Part shown: positions 1 through 8,712 of the stretch, in pieces
Position numbering within the stretch: position 1 is the stretch's first letter
Layout of the letters: the number at the start of each line of letters is the position of its first letter
NCBI GenBank assembly: GCA_050014495.1
Contig: JBEKDF010000003.1
Span: 60,905 to 124,904, forward strand
Length of the DNA: 64,000 nt
Direction of reading: 5' to 3'
DNA from: Candidatus Bathyarchaeia archaeon
GTDB lineage: Archaea; Thermoproteota; Bathyarchaeia; TCS64
Program-made: the position numbers and the translations under genes
The notes under the pieces: generated by a model
Seen by the model: the letters and a program-made list of their open reading frames with translations, nothing else
What the model was told of the DNA's origin: nothing
Database searches by the model: none

Positions 1-567
1 TACAGGGCGGACATAATCCGGGGGGACCTTCTCATCGAGATCCAGACTGGGAACTTCCCTCAGATCAGGGCGAAGCTGGTAAAGCTGCTGAAGGGGTACA
101 GGGTCAGACTCGTGCATCCAGTCCCCGAGAGGCGGTGGGTCATTAGGGAGGTGGACGGGAAGAGGCAGCGCCGGATCTCCCCCCGTATCGGGCGGGTCGA
201 GGAAGTCTTCAACGAGCTCATCTATTGCCCCACGCTGCCTCTGGACCCGAACTTCTCTCTTGAGGTGCTGCTCGTCCACGCCGATGAGGCGCAGTCGGTC
301 AGGTGGAGGGGAAAGAGAAGGACTCGGTACACAGTGAAGGAGAGGCACCTCGTGAAGGTTGTCAGTAGCACCGTCTTCGAGAAGCCTGAGGCCTACTTGA
401 AGCTGATACCCGACATGCATGGCGCGTTCACAGCCCGCCAGCTGAGCAAGGCCACGGGGCTGAGGATCACACTAGCTCGTCGGATGGTCTACTGCCTCGC
501 CAAGATGGGGATGTTGGAAGAGGTGGGGATTGTGGCACGCGCTAAGCTCTATCGGGTGAAAGCTTAG
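1..567 (+). CDS. 5'-truncated putative PD-(D/E)XK-like nuclease with C-terminal winged-helix/HTH
   Basis: Frame +1 is open from base 1 (YRADIIRGDLLIEIQTGNF...), giving a D...EIQ nuclease-like motif. The C-terminus FTARQLSKATGLRITLARRMVYCLAKMG is HTH-like. Confidence 0.55.
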   Translation, partial: YRADIIRGDLLIEIQTGNFPQIRAKLVKLLKGYRVRLVHPVPERRWVIREVDGKRQRRISPRIGRVEEVFNELIYCPTLPLDPNFSLEVLLVHADEAQSVRWRGKRRTRYTVKERHLVKVVSSTVFEKPEAYLKLIPDMHGAFTARQLSKATGLRITLARRMVYCLAKMGMLEEVGIVARAKLYRVKA

Positions 568-897
568 CGAGGGATACTTAATGAGTCAGTGTGCGTCTCG
601 TATGGGCCCGAGTGCGTGAGGTAAGTTTTAACCTACGCGCTTAGATTCTAATCAAGCATAATGGTACCATTAATTTTGTTATTTATTTGATATTCATACA
701 GGAGAAGCCACAGGAGCCAGTACCTCCTAAAATCAATTCCTGACTTTGTAGGTAGGTTGGAGAGTGATGTTGCTGACAGGGAGTTCCTGCAAAGCAAGGG
801 GGTGACCCTGCATGACTTTGGCACTGATGGTGAACTACGGTGATGATGACTCTGCTGATGAGTCTGGCATCAATTGAGATGTTGCAGAATGTGTACC

Positions 898-1338
898 GTC
901 ACCACAGGCTAGTACTGTAGTAGCTAACCACACTTTGTCAGGTACACCCATCGACAGTCATCGACACCCATCAGCAGTCACCCACAGCCACCCACCAGCA
1001 ACACCCATTGCAGAGCCATCAACAAAGCCATCGACACCCATTGCAGAGTCATCGACAGCCATTGCAGAGCCATCGACAGTCACTGAAAGCCAGCGAAAGA
1101 AGCCAACAAAGAGGTCAAAGGAAGAGCCACCCGCAGTCATCGACAGTCATGGACAGTCATCGACACCCACCAGCAACAGTCAAAGAAGAGTCACCAGAGG
1201 AATAACAGACTGTCAAGGAAAGTCAGCAGAAGAAGTCATCAATAGTCACCGACAAGTCACCGAAGAAGTCAAAGGAAGACCCAGCGTCACCCATCGTCGC
1301 GCACGCACCAAGAGAGCAAACACCTGTCACCATCAGTG
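898..1338 (+). repeat. Degenerate ~10-11 bp periodic repeat array (CATCGACAGT / CATTGCAGAG-like units)
   Basis: 20 GTCA tetramers lie between 898 and 1329. (G/C)(T/C)CA recurs at exact 10-bp steps at 937-987 and 1136-1166. A 21-bp unit CCATTGCAGAG(C/T)CATC(A/G)ACA(A/G) occurs three times at ~1005-1079. Confidence 0.85.
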
Positions 1339-1858
1339 TGGTCGCTACGAATCTATCAATAAAATGGTACCAATCATAAAATCTGACTTCATGAAACAAG
1401 CACACCAAAACTCACCACGCTTGTCGAAACGATAAGGATCATAAAGGCAAATAACCCGAAGAAGAATGGTACCATTGTCTGAGAGGAGGCGCTGCTTGTA
1501 CCAGTCAGAGATCCCGAAGGTGATCCTGGGACTAAGGCTTCGATTGTTGGAGTTGATCATTATTAAGGAGGAGGCTGAGAAGGCCTGAATCGCGTATAGG
1601 TTGTCTCACATGCCTACTCGGGGATAAACCCGGTCGGCTCAAATACTCTGATTTCAACTGGGACGCCTTATCTTACTTTCTCGACGAGGGCGAGGACCAC
1701 ATCAACCATCGGTTGTACAATATGGCATACAGACCGCAAGCAAAAGTAAATCAAGAATGAAAAACTAAAAGTACCCGAATGACACTCATTTTTTTGGTCT
1801 TGAATTATTAACCTATAATTAAGCTGGTTTAATTAGACATCTTAGCATTTCTAGTTAT

Positions 1859-2581
1859 GTGGGCAACATTTTATCGTCAGTCGACTGGGGCTCCTGTCCG
1901 CTTAGCCTCCTCAAAAGTGTGAAGGAACTCAAGCCGAATAATCCAGCAATAATCCACATTAGACATACCGAGCGACCCGGCCTATCTGGGCCAAATAGCA
2001 ACAAGCTTCTGAGCACATCGAGGGGGAAAGATGCAGCCATCGAGTTTGGCGAACGCCTATCCGATGATAGGAGCTACCGCGTCTACCATACCATCGTTGA
2101 TAGGTCGAAGCAGTCAGCGGAATCGATCGTCGAAGGAATAAGGAGGAGTGGAAACAAGGCAGAGATCAGTGGGGTGTTTCCCTTCCGAACATCCTACGAC
2201 CCTAAAGCTATGGACAATTATATAGACAAAGTCTTCAAAAAATGTGGAGACGAGGATTTAGCGGTTGCGGAGATGATGAACCGCTGGCTCGCAGGCTTAG
2301 CTCCTCTGGAGATATTCCGGCCCTCCAGTGAGTTCGCTAGGATGGTAGCTGAGTATACTTTGCTCCGCCTAAAAACAGCTGAGCCAGATAACATCGATCT
2401 CTACGTCACCCACGACACATGGGTCGGAGCCACACTCTTCCACTGGTTCGGCTTACCAATTCCCCTCGATGGGATTAGGTTCCTCGATGGATTCATACTC
2501 CAACCCCTCGATGAGGAGATGGCGGTTTGGTTCAGGGCAAAGGCTTTGAGGATAGAGTACCCGCATTGGTGGGGTGGGTAA
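1859..2581 (+). CDS. Histidine phosphatase (phosphoglycerate mutase-like) family protein
   Basis: IHIRHTER (RH motif), DRSKQSA and a C-terminal LYVTHD motif. Confidence 0.7.
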   Translation: MGNILSSVDWGSCPLSLLKSVKELKPNNPAIIHIRHTERPGLSGPNSNKLLSTSRGKDAAIEFGERLSDDRSYRVYHTIVDRSKQSAESIVEGIRRSGNKAEISGVFPFRTSYDPKAMDNYIDKVFKKCGDEDLAVAEMMNRWLAGLAPLEIFRPSSEFARMVAEYTLLRLKTAEPDNIDLYVTHDTWVGATLFHWFGLPIPLDGIRFLDGFILQPLDEEMAVWFRAKALRIEYPHWWGG

Positions 2582-3332
2582 ATAGCTGTTTACTTATCTC
2601 CTCGACGTCAGCGGGTGGATATCCAGAGTAGTACTTGCTGAAGTAGGCGTAGACATCACGCCCTGACTCGAGGTATCTCTTCGCCTTATTGGCCCATTCA
2701 GCTGTCTCTATCCCCCTTTCCACCTCGACAATCCCCCTCTGTCCATTCACGGCTTTTCTGTCTCCTTCGAGGCGAATATAAGCGAAGCTGGCGGTCTCGA
2801 CATTTGCAGCGTCCGACCTGTTTGTCAACGCGAGGGCGACGCCATGGTCTCTGAGTAACTTGTAGGTCTCCTCGGTGAACCAGCGCTTATTCCTGAACTC
2901 GGCGGCGATGAGCCTCTTCTTAGGGATCTTCTCCAACAGGTCGTTGAGGGCAGTGTGAGTGGGCTTTAGGAATGGTGGAAACTGGAGGAGCATTGGCCCC
3001 AACTTCGCCCCGAGAATATCTATGTGACTGAGGAAGACCTCAAGCTTCCCCGAGTCGTAGACGAGGCCGGGGACATGGGTCACTGTCTGTGGGAACTTTA
3101 CAGCGAACCTGAAGTCATCCGGCACCGCGTCCCTCCACGCCTCAACGGTTGAAATGGAGGGTATCCTGTAGAAAGTGGCATCGACCTCGACGGAGTTCAT
3201 CACTTTGGCGTACTCGGTGAGGTACTCAGTGGTCCTTGTCCCCTCTGGGTAGAGCTTACCTACCCAGAACCTGTAGCTCCACCCCATCGTGCCTAGGTAG
3301 GCTACTCGACCCGCTTCTTGAAGAGGAGCCAA
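2532..3332 (-). CDS. DUF72 (YecE-like) TIM-barrel protein
   Basis: YLGTMGWSY..W, VEVDATFYRIP, FRFAVKFP, LGPMLLQFPP, EFRN and YIRLEG motifs. Confidence 0.9.
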   Translation of the reverse strand: MAPLQEAGRVAYLGTMGWSYRFWVGKLYPEGTRTTEYLTEYAKVMNSVEVDATFYRIPSISTVEAWRDAVPDDFRFAVKFPQTVTHVPGLVYDSGKLEVFLSHIDILGAKLGPMLLQFPPFLKPTHTALNDLLEKIPKKRLIAAEFRNKRWFTEETYKLLRDHGVALALTNRSDAANVETASFAYIRLEGDRKAVNGQRGIVEVERGIETAEWANKAKRYLESGRDVYAYFSKYYSGYPPADVEEISKQLFTHPTNAGTLSSKPLP

Positions 3333-4693
3333 TTCTTCTCCCCAGCCTTCCTGAAGCGGACGAGCTCGTAAGGCCCCTTAAGCCGCTCTCCGTGGATGAC
3401 GAGCTCTATCTTCTCCTCCCCCCACTCCTTGGCCTCATAGATGCCTCTGTCCCATATCTTGACAGTTCCGGCGCCGTATTCGCCTTCGGGGATGATTCCT
3501 TCGAAGCCACTGTAGTCTAGAGGGTGATCCTCAACTGCGACTGCAAGGCGCTTGTCCCCTACCTTCTCAGGGGGACCCTTTGGCACCGCCCAACTCTTCA
3601 GAACTCCGTCCCTCTCAAGGCGGAGGTCCCAGTGGAGGTGGCTCGCGTGGTGCTCCTGCACAACGTAGATGTTTTCCTTCAGCTTCGTCGCCTCCCCTAC
3701 GGGCTCGGGGCTCTTTGAGAAGTTCCTTTTCGCGTTGTAGTCTTCGAGGGTCACAGGTCTCACCTGTGATAATGTGCAGTCAAGGGGTTTTTTATCGGTT
3801 CTTAGTCTGATGAAACGCGGGGCACGCAAACGGTTGTCGTCCGTTAGGTTCTGGTAACCCACCTCAGCGATGACCATTGGCTTCAGCCACGTAGAACCAG
3901 AGGGAATGTCGGTTGCTTCGAGCTGCTGCTCCGCCGTCTTATAGGGGCGGAAGGTGGCGAGTAACTCCTGGAGTGACTTATCCGTGAACCCAGTCCCCAC
4001 CCTGCCCACGAATGTGAGTTTATCCCTCTCATATAGCCCCAGCAGCAACGCCCCGAAGCTATAAGCCCTGATCCCCGTCCCCCTCGTGTAGCCGACGACG
4101 ATGCAATCCACCGTCTTGACGCTCTTCACCTTAAGCCAATCCCGGCTCCTCTCCCCGGGGCGGTATGGGCTATCAATCCTCTTCGCCACGACCCCCTCCA
4201 ACCCCTTCGCTACGGCGGCCTTGTAGTAGGCTTCCCCCTCCCCGATGACGTAGCTAGAGACGACGACATGCTTTCCATCCCTAAGCGAATCCCTAAGGAT
4301 TGTCTTCCTTTCGCTAAGTGGCTTACTCGTCAGAGTTATCCCGTCTTTCTCTAAAATGTCGAAGATTACGTAAGTGCAGGGTATCTCGCGAGCCTTATGC
4401 TCTATTTCCCCCTGCTTTGAGGCTTGTAGTCGCTTCGCCACCGCTTGGAAGTCGGGCCTGCCCCCATTCATCACGATTATCTCCCCATCGATAACAACTT
4501 TGGATGCCAACGTGGAGAGCTCTGTGAGTTCGGGGAACTTGCGGGTGATATCGTTGGAGTTCCTGCTCGTGATGCTTAGCGTCTCCCCAATTTGGGCTAT
4601 GGCACGGATGCCGTCCCACTTTACCTCGAAGAGCCACCCCGATCCACTGAAGGGGGCGTCAGTGGGCTCCGCGAGCATCGGCTTGTATTTCAT
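3302..4693 (-). CDS. ligD: LigD-type ATP-dependent DNA ligase fused to a C-terminal 3'-phosphoesterase (PE) domain
   Basis: Ligase motifs EVKWDGIR, IDGEI, FDIL, EGVVAK, WLKVK, VGRVGTGF, then PE motifs YNAKRNF..SPEP, VQEHHASHLHWDLRLE, SWAVPKGP, EDHPLDY. Confidence 0.93.
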   Translation of the reverse strand: MKYKPMLAEPTDAPFSGSGWLFEVKWDGIRAIAQIGETLSITSRNSNDITRKFPELTELSTLASKVVIDGEIIVMNGGRPDFQAVAKRLQASKQGEIEHKAREIPCTYVIFDILEKDGITLTSKPLSERKTILRDSLRDGKHVVVSSYVIGEGEAYYKAAVAKGLEGVVAKRIDSPYRPGERSRDWLKVKSVKTVDCIVVGYTRGTGIRAYSFGALLLGLYERDKLTFVGRVGTGFTDKSLQELLATFRPYKTAEQQLEATDIPSGSTWLKPMVIAEVGYQNLTDDNRLRAPRFIRLRTDKKPLDCTLSQVRPVTLEDYNAKRNFSKSPEPVGEATKLKENIYVVQEHHASHLHWDLRLERDGVLKSWAVPKGPPEKVGDKRLAVAVEDHPLDYSGFEGIIPEGEYGAGTVKIWDRGIYEAKEWGEEKIELVIHGERLKGPYELVRFRKAGEKNWLLFKKRVE

Positions 4694-5487
4694 CTCTTCT
4701 TCATCTGCTGGAGTGTCTCCTCAAGCGCCACCATGAGCTCCTTGACCTCCTCCCTCTTCTCCGGCTTCTCCACTTTGATTATTTCCCCCTTCAACTTCTG
4801 TTTGATGAGCTTCTCCACGTTCTCCCTGTAGGTGTCTTTGTACTCGGTGATGTCGAACTCACCGGTGAGGTTGTCGAGGATCTTAAAGGCGAGTTCAAGC
4901 TCCTTCTTGCCCGGCTGCTTGAGCTCCTTAATATCCTTAACTGTGCCAGGGTCGATGACCTCGTTAGTGTACCTAAGCGTGGTGAGGATGAGAGCCCCCT
5001 TATAGGCATGTATAAGGACTGGGTACTCCTTCGTCCGCATCGTGTAGCGGCCTATCCCCGCCAATCCCTTCTTTTCAAGCGCCGAGTAGAGGAGCCCATA
5101 GGCGTCGCCGCTCTTGTCGGGACCCAGGATGTAGCTACTCTGGAAGTAGAGGGGATCGACCCCGAGATACTGGACGAACTTATCGACCTTTATACGGCGA
5201 TCCGATTCCGGGCGTATCGCGTCGAGTTCCTCCTTTGTAAAGGTGACGAACTCACCCTTCTGCACTTCATAGCCACGGGACACGTCCCCCCACTCAACCA
5301 CCTCGTTATCGTAAGTGCAGACCCTTTGGTATCTGAGGGGGCACCCGTCCCTCTTCCTGAGGAAGTGGAAGCTGTAGCTCTGGTCCCTAATCATGGTGTA
5401 AAGCTTTACGGGCACATTTACAAGCCCAATGCTTATGGTACCGCTCCAGAAGCTCCTCCCCGGCGGAGCCTGTTCCTCTTCGCTCAA
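4690..5487 (-). CDS. ku: Ku protein (NHEJ end-binding)
   Basis: RSFWSGTISIGLVNVPVKLY, RGYE, VDPLYFQSSYIL and EYKDTY motifs; 4-nt overlap with the ligase start. Confidence 0.95.
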   Translation of the reverse strand: MSEEEQAPPGRSFWSGTISIGLVNVPVKLYTMIRDQSYSFHFLRKRDGCPLRYQRVCTYDNEVVEWGDVSRGYEVQKGEFVTFTKEELDAIRPESDRRIKVDKFVQYLGVDPLYFQSSYILGPDKSGDAYGLLYSALEKKGLAGIGRYTMRTKEYPVLIHAYKGALILTTLRYTNEVIDPGTVKDIKELKQPGKKELELAFKILDNLTGEFDITEYKDTYRENVEKLIKQKLKGEIIKVEKPEKREEVKELMVALEETLQQMKKR

Positions 5488-5719
5488 GCCAAATTCCCTG
5501 TTTGAATCTCGGAACCCGCAGCCTTAACCTTTTCACAGTCTCAGTCCAGAAAATACTTGATTTGCCTTAGAAAATCCACTCGTAGTGCGCACAGGTGAGG
5601 AGATCTACGAAATTGGCCTGAAGCTCGCGACGGGAACTACTTAAGTAGCCCCGAATCTCAGCTTCGGAAAGCCTTTCTCCAGATTCTGAGGATTTTAAGG
5701 GAAAGAAGCTCTCAAGAAT

Positions 5720-6559
5720 TCAAGTCTTCTTAGTCTTCCAGAACTCCTTCCAGACGTCAACCCTGTCGAGGACATTATCTATCCTGAGCTTGCTGGGGTC
5801 TAGTCCTTTCAGCTCATCCCATGTGAGAGGGGTTGAGACCGTCGCAGTCGGAGTAGCCCTGAGACTGTAGGGGCATGCCATCGTCCGCCCATGGCCGTTC
5901 TGCGGGTAATCTAGGTAGACAGTACCAGGCCTCTTCTGCGCCTTCTCGGAGGAGACGATTCCCGTCTCTTTAGCGAGCTCAATGCCTAACTTATGGGCGT
6001 AAGCACGGGTTTCGTCAAATGTCTCCTTCCGATCCGTTGGTGCGATAATGTGTAGTCCCCTCTTTCCCGAGGTCTTCACCCATGCCTTGAGCCCCTTCTC
6101 CTTGAGCTTCTCCCTGATCAATCGGGCGACCCTTCCCGCCTCCGCCATCCCCGCTGGGGGTTGCGGGTCAAGGTCGAAGAGAATTATATCTGGGTGATCC
6201 AGCTTATCGATCCTCGCTAGGGGAATGTGTAGTTCAAGAGCTGCGAGGTTGGCTAGCCAGATAAGGGTGTCGAGGTCGTCGCAAACTATGTAATCGAGCT
6301 CTCTACCCGCAGCCTCGGAGTAAGAGTGGTGGAGCTTCACCCAGTCGGGTGTCCCCTGTGGAGCGTCCTTGCCGTAAAAGCCCTGAGTTTCCACCCCATC
6401 CGGATACCGGGTTACGACTAGCGCCCTCTCCTCTAGGAAGGGCAACATCATGGGAGCCACCTTGATGTAGTACTTCACGACATCGAGCTTCCTGACTCCC
6501 ACAACGGGGTAGAGGACCTTCTCCAAGTTCGTGAACTGGACCCTCGTTAGCTTCTCCAT
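5720..6559 (-). CDS. Stand-alone LigD polymerase (archaeo-eukaryotic primase-like) domain
   Basis: TNLEKVLYP, RYPDG, ALELH, FDLDP, KTSGKRGLH, YLDYPQN, CPYSLR and VSTPLTWDEL motifs. Confidence 0.93.
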   Translation of the reverse strand: MEKLTRVQFTNLEKVLYPVVGVRKLDVVKYYIKVAPMMLPFLEERALVVTRYPDGVETQGFYGKDAPQGTPDWVKLHHSYSEAAGRELDYIVCDDLDTLIWLANLAALELHIPLARIDKLDHPDIILFDLDPQPPAGMAEAGRVARLIREKLKEKGLKAWVKTSGKRGLHIIAPTDRKETFDETRAYAHKLGIELAKETGIVSSEKAQKRPGTVYLDYPQNGHGRTMACPYSLRATPTATVSTPLTWDELKGLDPSKLRIDNVLDRVDVWKEFWKTKKT

Positions 6560-6645
6560 CGACTACGTATCTGAATGGAGGTTGAAAAACTGGTACCTGC
6601 ACCTCTCCCTTAAATTCGGGGATACCCCAAACTCGCATGTTAGTA

Positions 6646-7050
6646 ATGGTAACGGTTCTTTTCATCTGCGTCCACAACGCTGGGAGGAGTCAGATGGCGG
6701 AGGGTATATTCAACAGCCTATCAGGTGGTCGCCATTACGCCATCAGCGCAGGGAGCCAGCCCTCTTCCCAGGTGAATCCGGTCGTTATCCAGGCCATGAA
6801 GGAGATTGGGATAGATATAAGCGGCAACAAGCCAAAGAAACTCACCAGCGAGATGGCTTTGCAGGCTGATCTGGCCATAACGATGGGTTGTGGTCCCGAC
6901 GTATGTCCAGTAGCTGGCGGTGAGATGAGGGAGTGGGAGATAGAGGACCCACACGGTAAGCCAATAGAGGGGATCAGAATGATCAGGGATGACATACTCC
7001 TCAGAGTGAAGGCTCTGCTGAATGAGCTAATGTCTAGCTCTTCACACTGA
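6646..7050 (+). CDS. arsC: Arsenate reductase / LMW protein-tyrosine phosphatase family
   Basis: FICVHNAGRSQMAE P-loop, SAG, ITMGC...CP, EDP. Confidence 0.85.
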   Translation: MVTVLFICVHNAGRSQMAEGIFNSLSGGRHYAISAGSQPSSQVNPVVIQAMKEIGIDISGNKPKKLTSEMALQADLAITMGCGPDVCPVAGGEMREWEIEDPHGKPIEGIRMIRDDILLRVKALLNELMSSSSH

Positions 7051-7248
7051 TCTGATCGGGTTCGCCAAGCTGAGTATCGTTCGACTGTATGTAATTCAAT
7101 GCGCGAGCACTAAAGATGTCAGATAGGACTACGTTTTTCTTACACGAGCTCTGAGGCCCTATCCTCGGCTTCGCATAGGTAAGAACAATTAGAGTCATAA
7201 TTTATTTAGAGTAGTCTTATATGCAGCAAAAACCTTCGATCAAATGTT

Positions 7249-8580
7249 ATGATCAAAAAAGCTATAATCATGGGCGCTGCGGGCCGTGACTTCCATAACT
7301 TTAATGTCTTCTTCCGGGAAAACCCCTACTACGAGGTCGTAGCCTTCACCGCCGCTCAGATATCAGACCTTGATACAACCGCTGGTATCGAGAAGCGCAC
7401 ATATCCACCCGAGCTCGCGGGAAAACACTACCCCGAGGGTATACCGATCCATCCCGAGTCACAGCTAGAGCAGCTGATCAAAGACCTGAATGTTGAGGAG
7501 GTCTTCTTCAGCTATAGTGATGTGAGTCATCAGTACCTCATGAATGAGGGGAGCCGCGCTATTGCGGCGGGTGCAAGCTTCACCCTTCTCGGTCCTAAGG
7601 AGACGATGATTAGGTCCAAGAAGCCGGTTATCAGCGTCTGCGCCAGTAGGACTGGGAGTGGAAAGAGTCCGACGAGTAGATGGCTTGTTGATCTCTTGAA
7701 GCGAAGGGGCTTCAAGGTCGTCGTGATACGCCACCCAATGCCCTATGGCGACCTCGTTAAGCAGCGAGTGCAGCGATTCGCAACTTTAGAAGACCTAGAT
7801 AAACAGGATTGCACAATCGAGGAGAGGGAAGACTACGAGCCCCACATAGAACGTGGAGCCATAGTCTATGCGGGCGTAGACTACCTCGACATTATCAAAC
7901 GGGCCGAGGAGGAAGCGGATATCATAGTTTGGGATGGGGGCAACAACGACTATCCCTTTTACTGGCCTAAGATCCAAATTTGCGTCGTCGATCCACATAG
8001 GGCTGGAAACGAACTCACATATTACCCCGGTGAGGTAAATGTTCGCATGGCGGACATTGCAGTAATAAGCAAGGTGAACACTGCCCCTCCAGGTAACGTG
8101 GAACAGGTTCGGAGAAACATCCTGTCAATCAACTCCCAGGCACAGATCGTTGAAACTGACATGGTTATCACCGCGGACGATGAGTCGAAGCTCCTCGGAA
8201 AGAGTGTTCTCGTCGTAGAGGATGGACCAACAGTCACACATGGAGGAATGGGCTATGGTGCTGCGACTATCAAAGCGAGGGAGCTAGAAGCGACAATAGT
8301 CGATCCGCGCCCCTATGCAATGGGGACCATAAAACACGTTTACGAGCAGTACCCTCATCTTCAGAGGGTTCTCCCGGCTGTTGGCTACAGTCCAAACCAG
8401 ATGAAAGAACTTGAGGACACAATCAATGCCACCCCTTGCGATCTCGTGTTATTAGGAACTCCAACCGATCTACGAAGGTATCTGAAATTGAATAAACCTG
8501 CAATGAGAGTGAGATATGAGTTGAAGGAAAGGCAGAGGTGGGAATTAGAGAGGGCAATAATAAGCAGGATGGGTACCTAG
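7249..8580 (+). CDS. COG2403 P-loop protein (cyclic 2,3-diphosphoglycerate synthetase-like / possible arginine synthetase family)
   Basis: MGAAGRDFHNFN, Walker A RTGSGKS, RHPMPYG, TIEEREDYEPH, WDGGNND and EDGPTVTHGGM. Confidence 0.8.
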   Translation: MIKKAIIMGAAGRDFHNFNVFFRENPYYEVVAFTAAQISDLDTTAGIEKRTYPPELAGKHYPEGIPIHPESQLEQLIKDLNVEEVFFSYSDVSHQYLMNEGSRAIAAGASFTLLGPKETMIRSKKPVISVCASRTGSGKSPTSRWLVDLLKRRGFKVVVIRHPMPYGDLVKQRVQRFATLEDLDKQDCTIEEREDYEPHIERGAIVYAGVDYLDIIKRAEEEADIIVWDGGNNDYPFYWPKIQICVVDPHRAGNELTYYPGEVNVRMADIAVISKVNTAPPGNVEQVRRNILSINSQAQIVETDMVITADDESKLLGKSVLVVEDGPTVTHGGMGYGAATIKARELEATIVDPRPYAMGTIKHVYEQYPHLQRVLPAVGYSPNQMKELEDTINATPCDLVLLGTPTDLRRYLKLNKPAMRVRYELKERQRWELERAIISRMGT

Positions 8581-8712
8581 AGGACGTTTATTGCTTGTTA
8601 CTTTAATTTTGACTTATGCGGAGCACTGATCCTAAGACTCTGAAGACACATGAGCCTTAGCCTTAAAGCGTAGCGTGAGCTATGGAGACATTTGTTGTAT
8701 GTTTTAGTTTTG

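Noticed and set aside
783..802. ORB-like GTTCCTGCAAAGCAAGGGGG
   Set aside because: It has a G-string but lacks the TCCA-N-TGGA core, is single copy and has no cdc6/orc1 nearby; too weak to call an origin box.
840..862. C/D box sRNA (ATGATGA ... CTGA)
   Set aside because: The boxes are too close to hold a guide and are explained by the local repeat motif.
898..1338. CRISPR array
   Set aside because: No constant 23-47 bp repeat with unique spacers and no cas genes in the window.
935..1435. 166-aa S/T/P-rich ORF and overlapping short ORFs
   Set aside because: The T-poor strand lacks stop codons by composition, and the 10-bp units break codon phase so the peptide does not repeat consistently. 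Treated as probably non-coding, though not excluded.
1475..1760. Short frames MSERRRCLY...EKA and ...CLTCLLGDKPGRL...
   Set aside because: Possibly a decayed gene, but short, discontinuous and with no recognisable family.
5637..5648. Palindrome CTACTTAAGTAG between the Pol and Ku genes
   Set aside because: Single copy that may simply be a TATA-like box or chance; no supporting second site.
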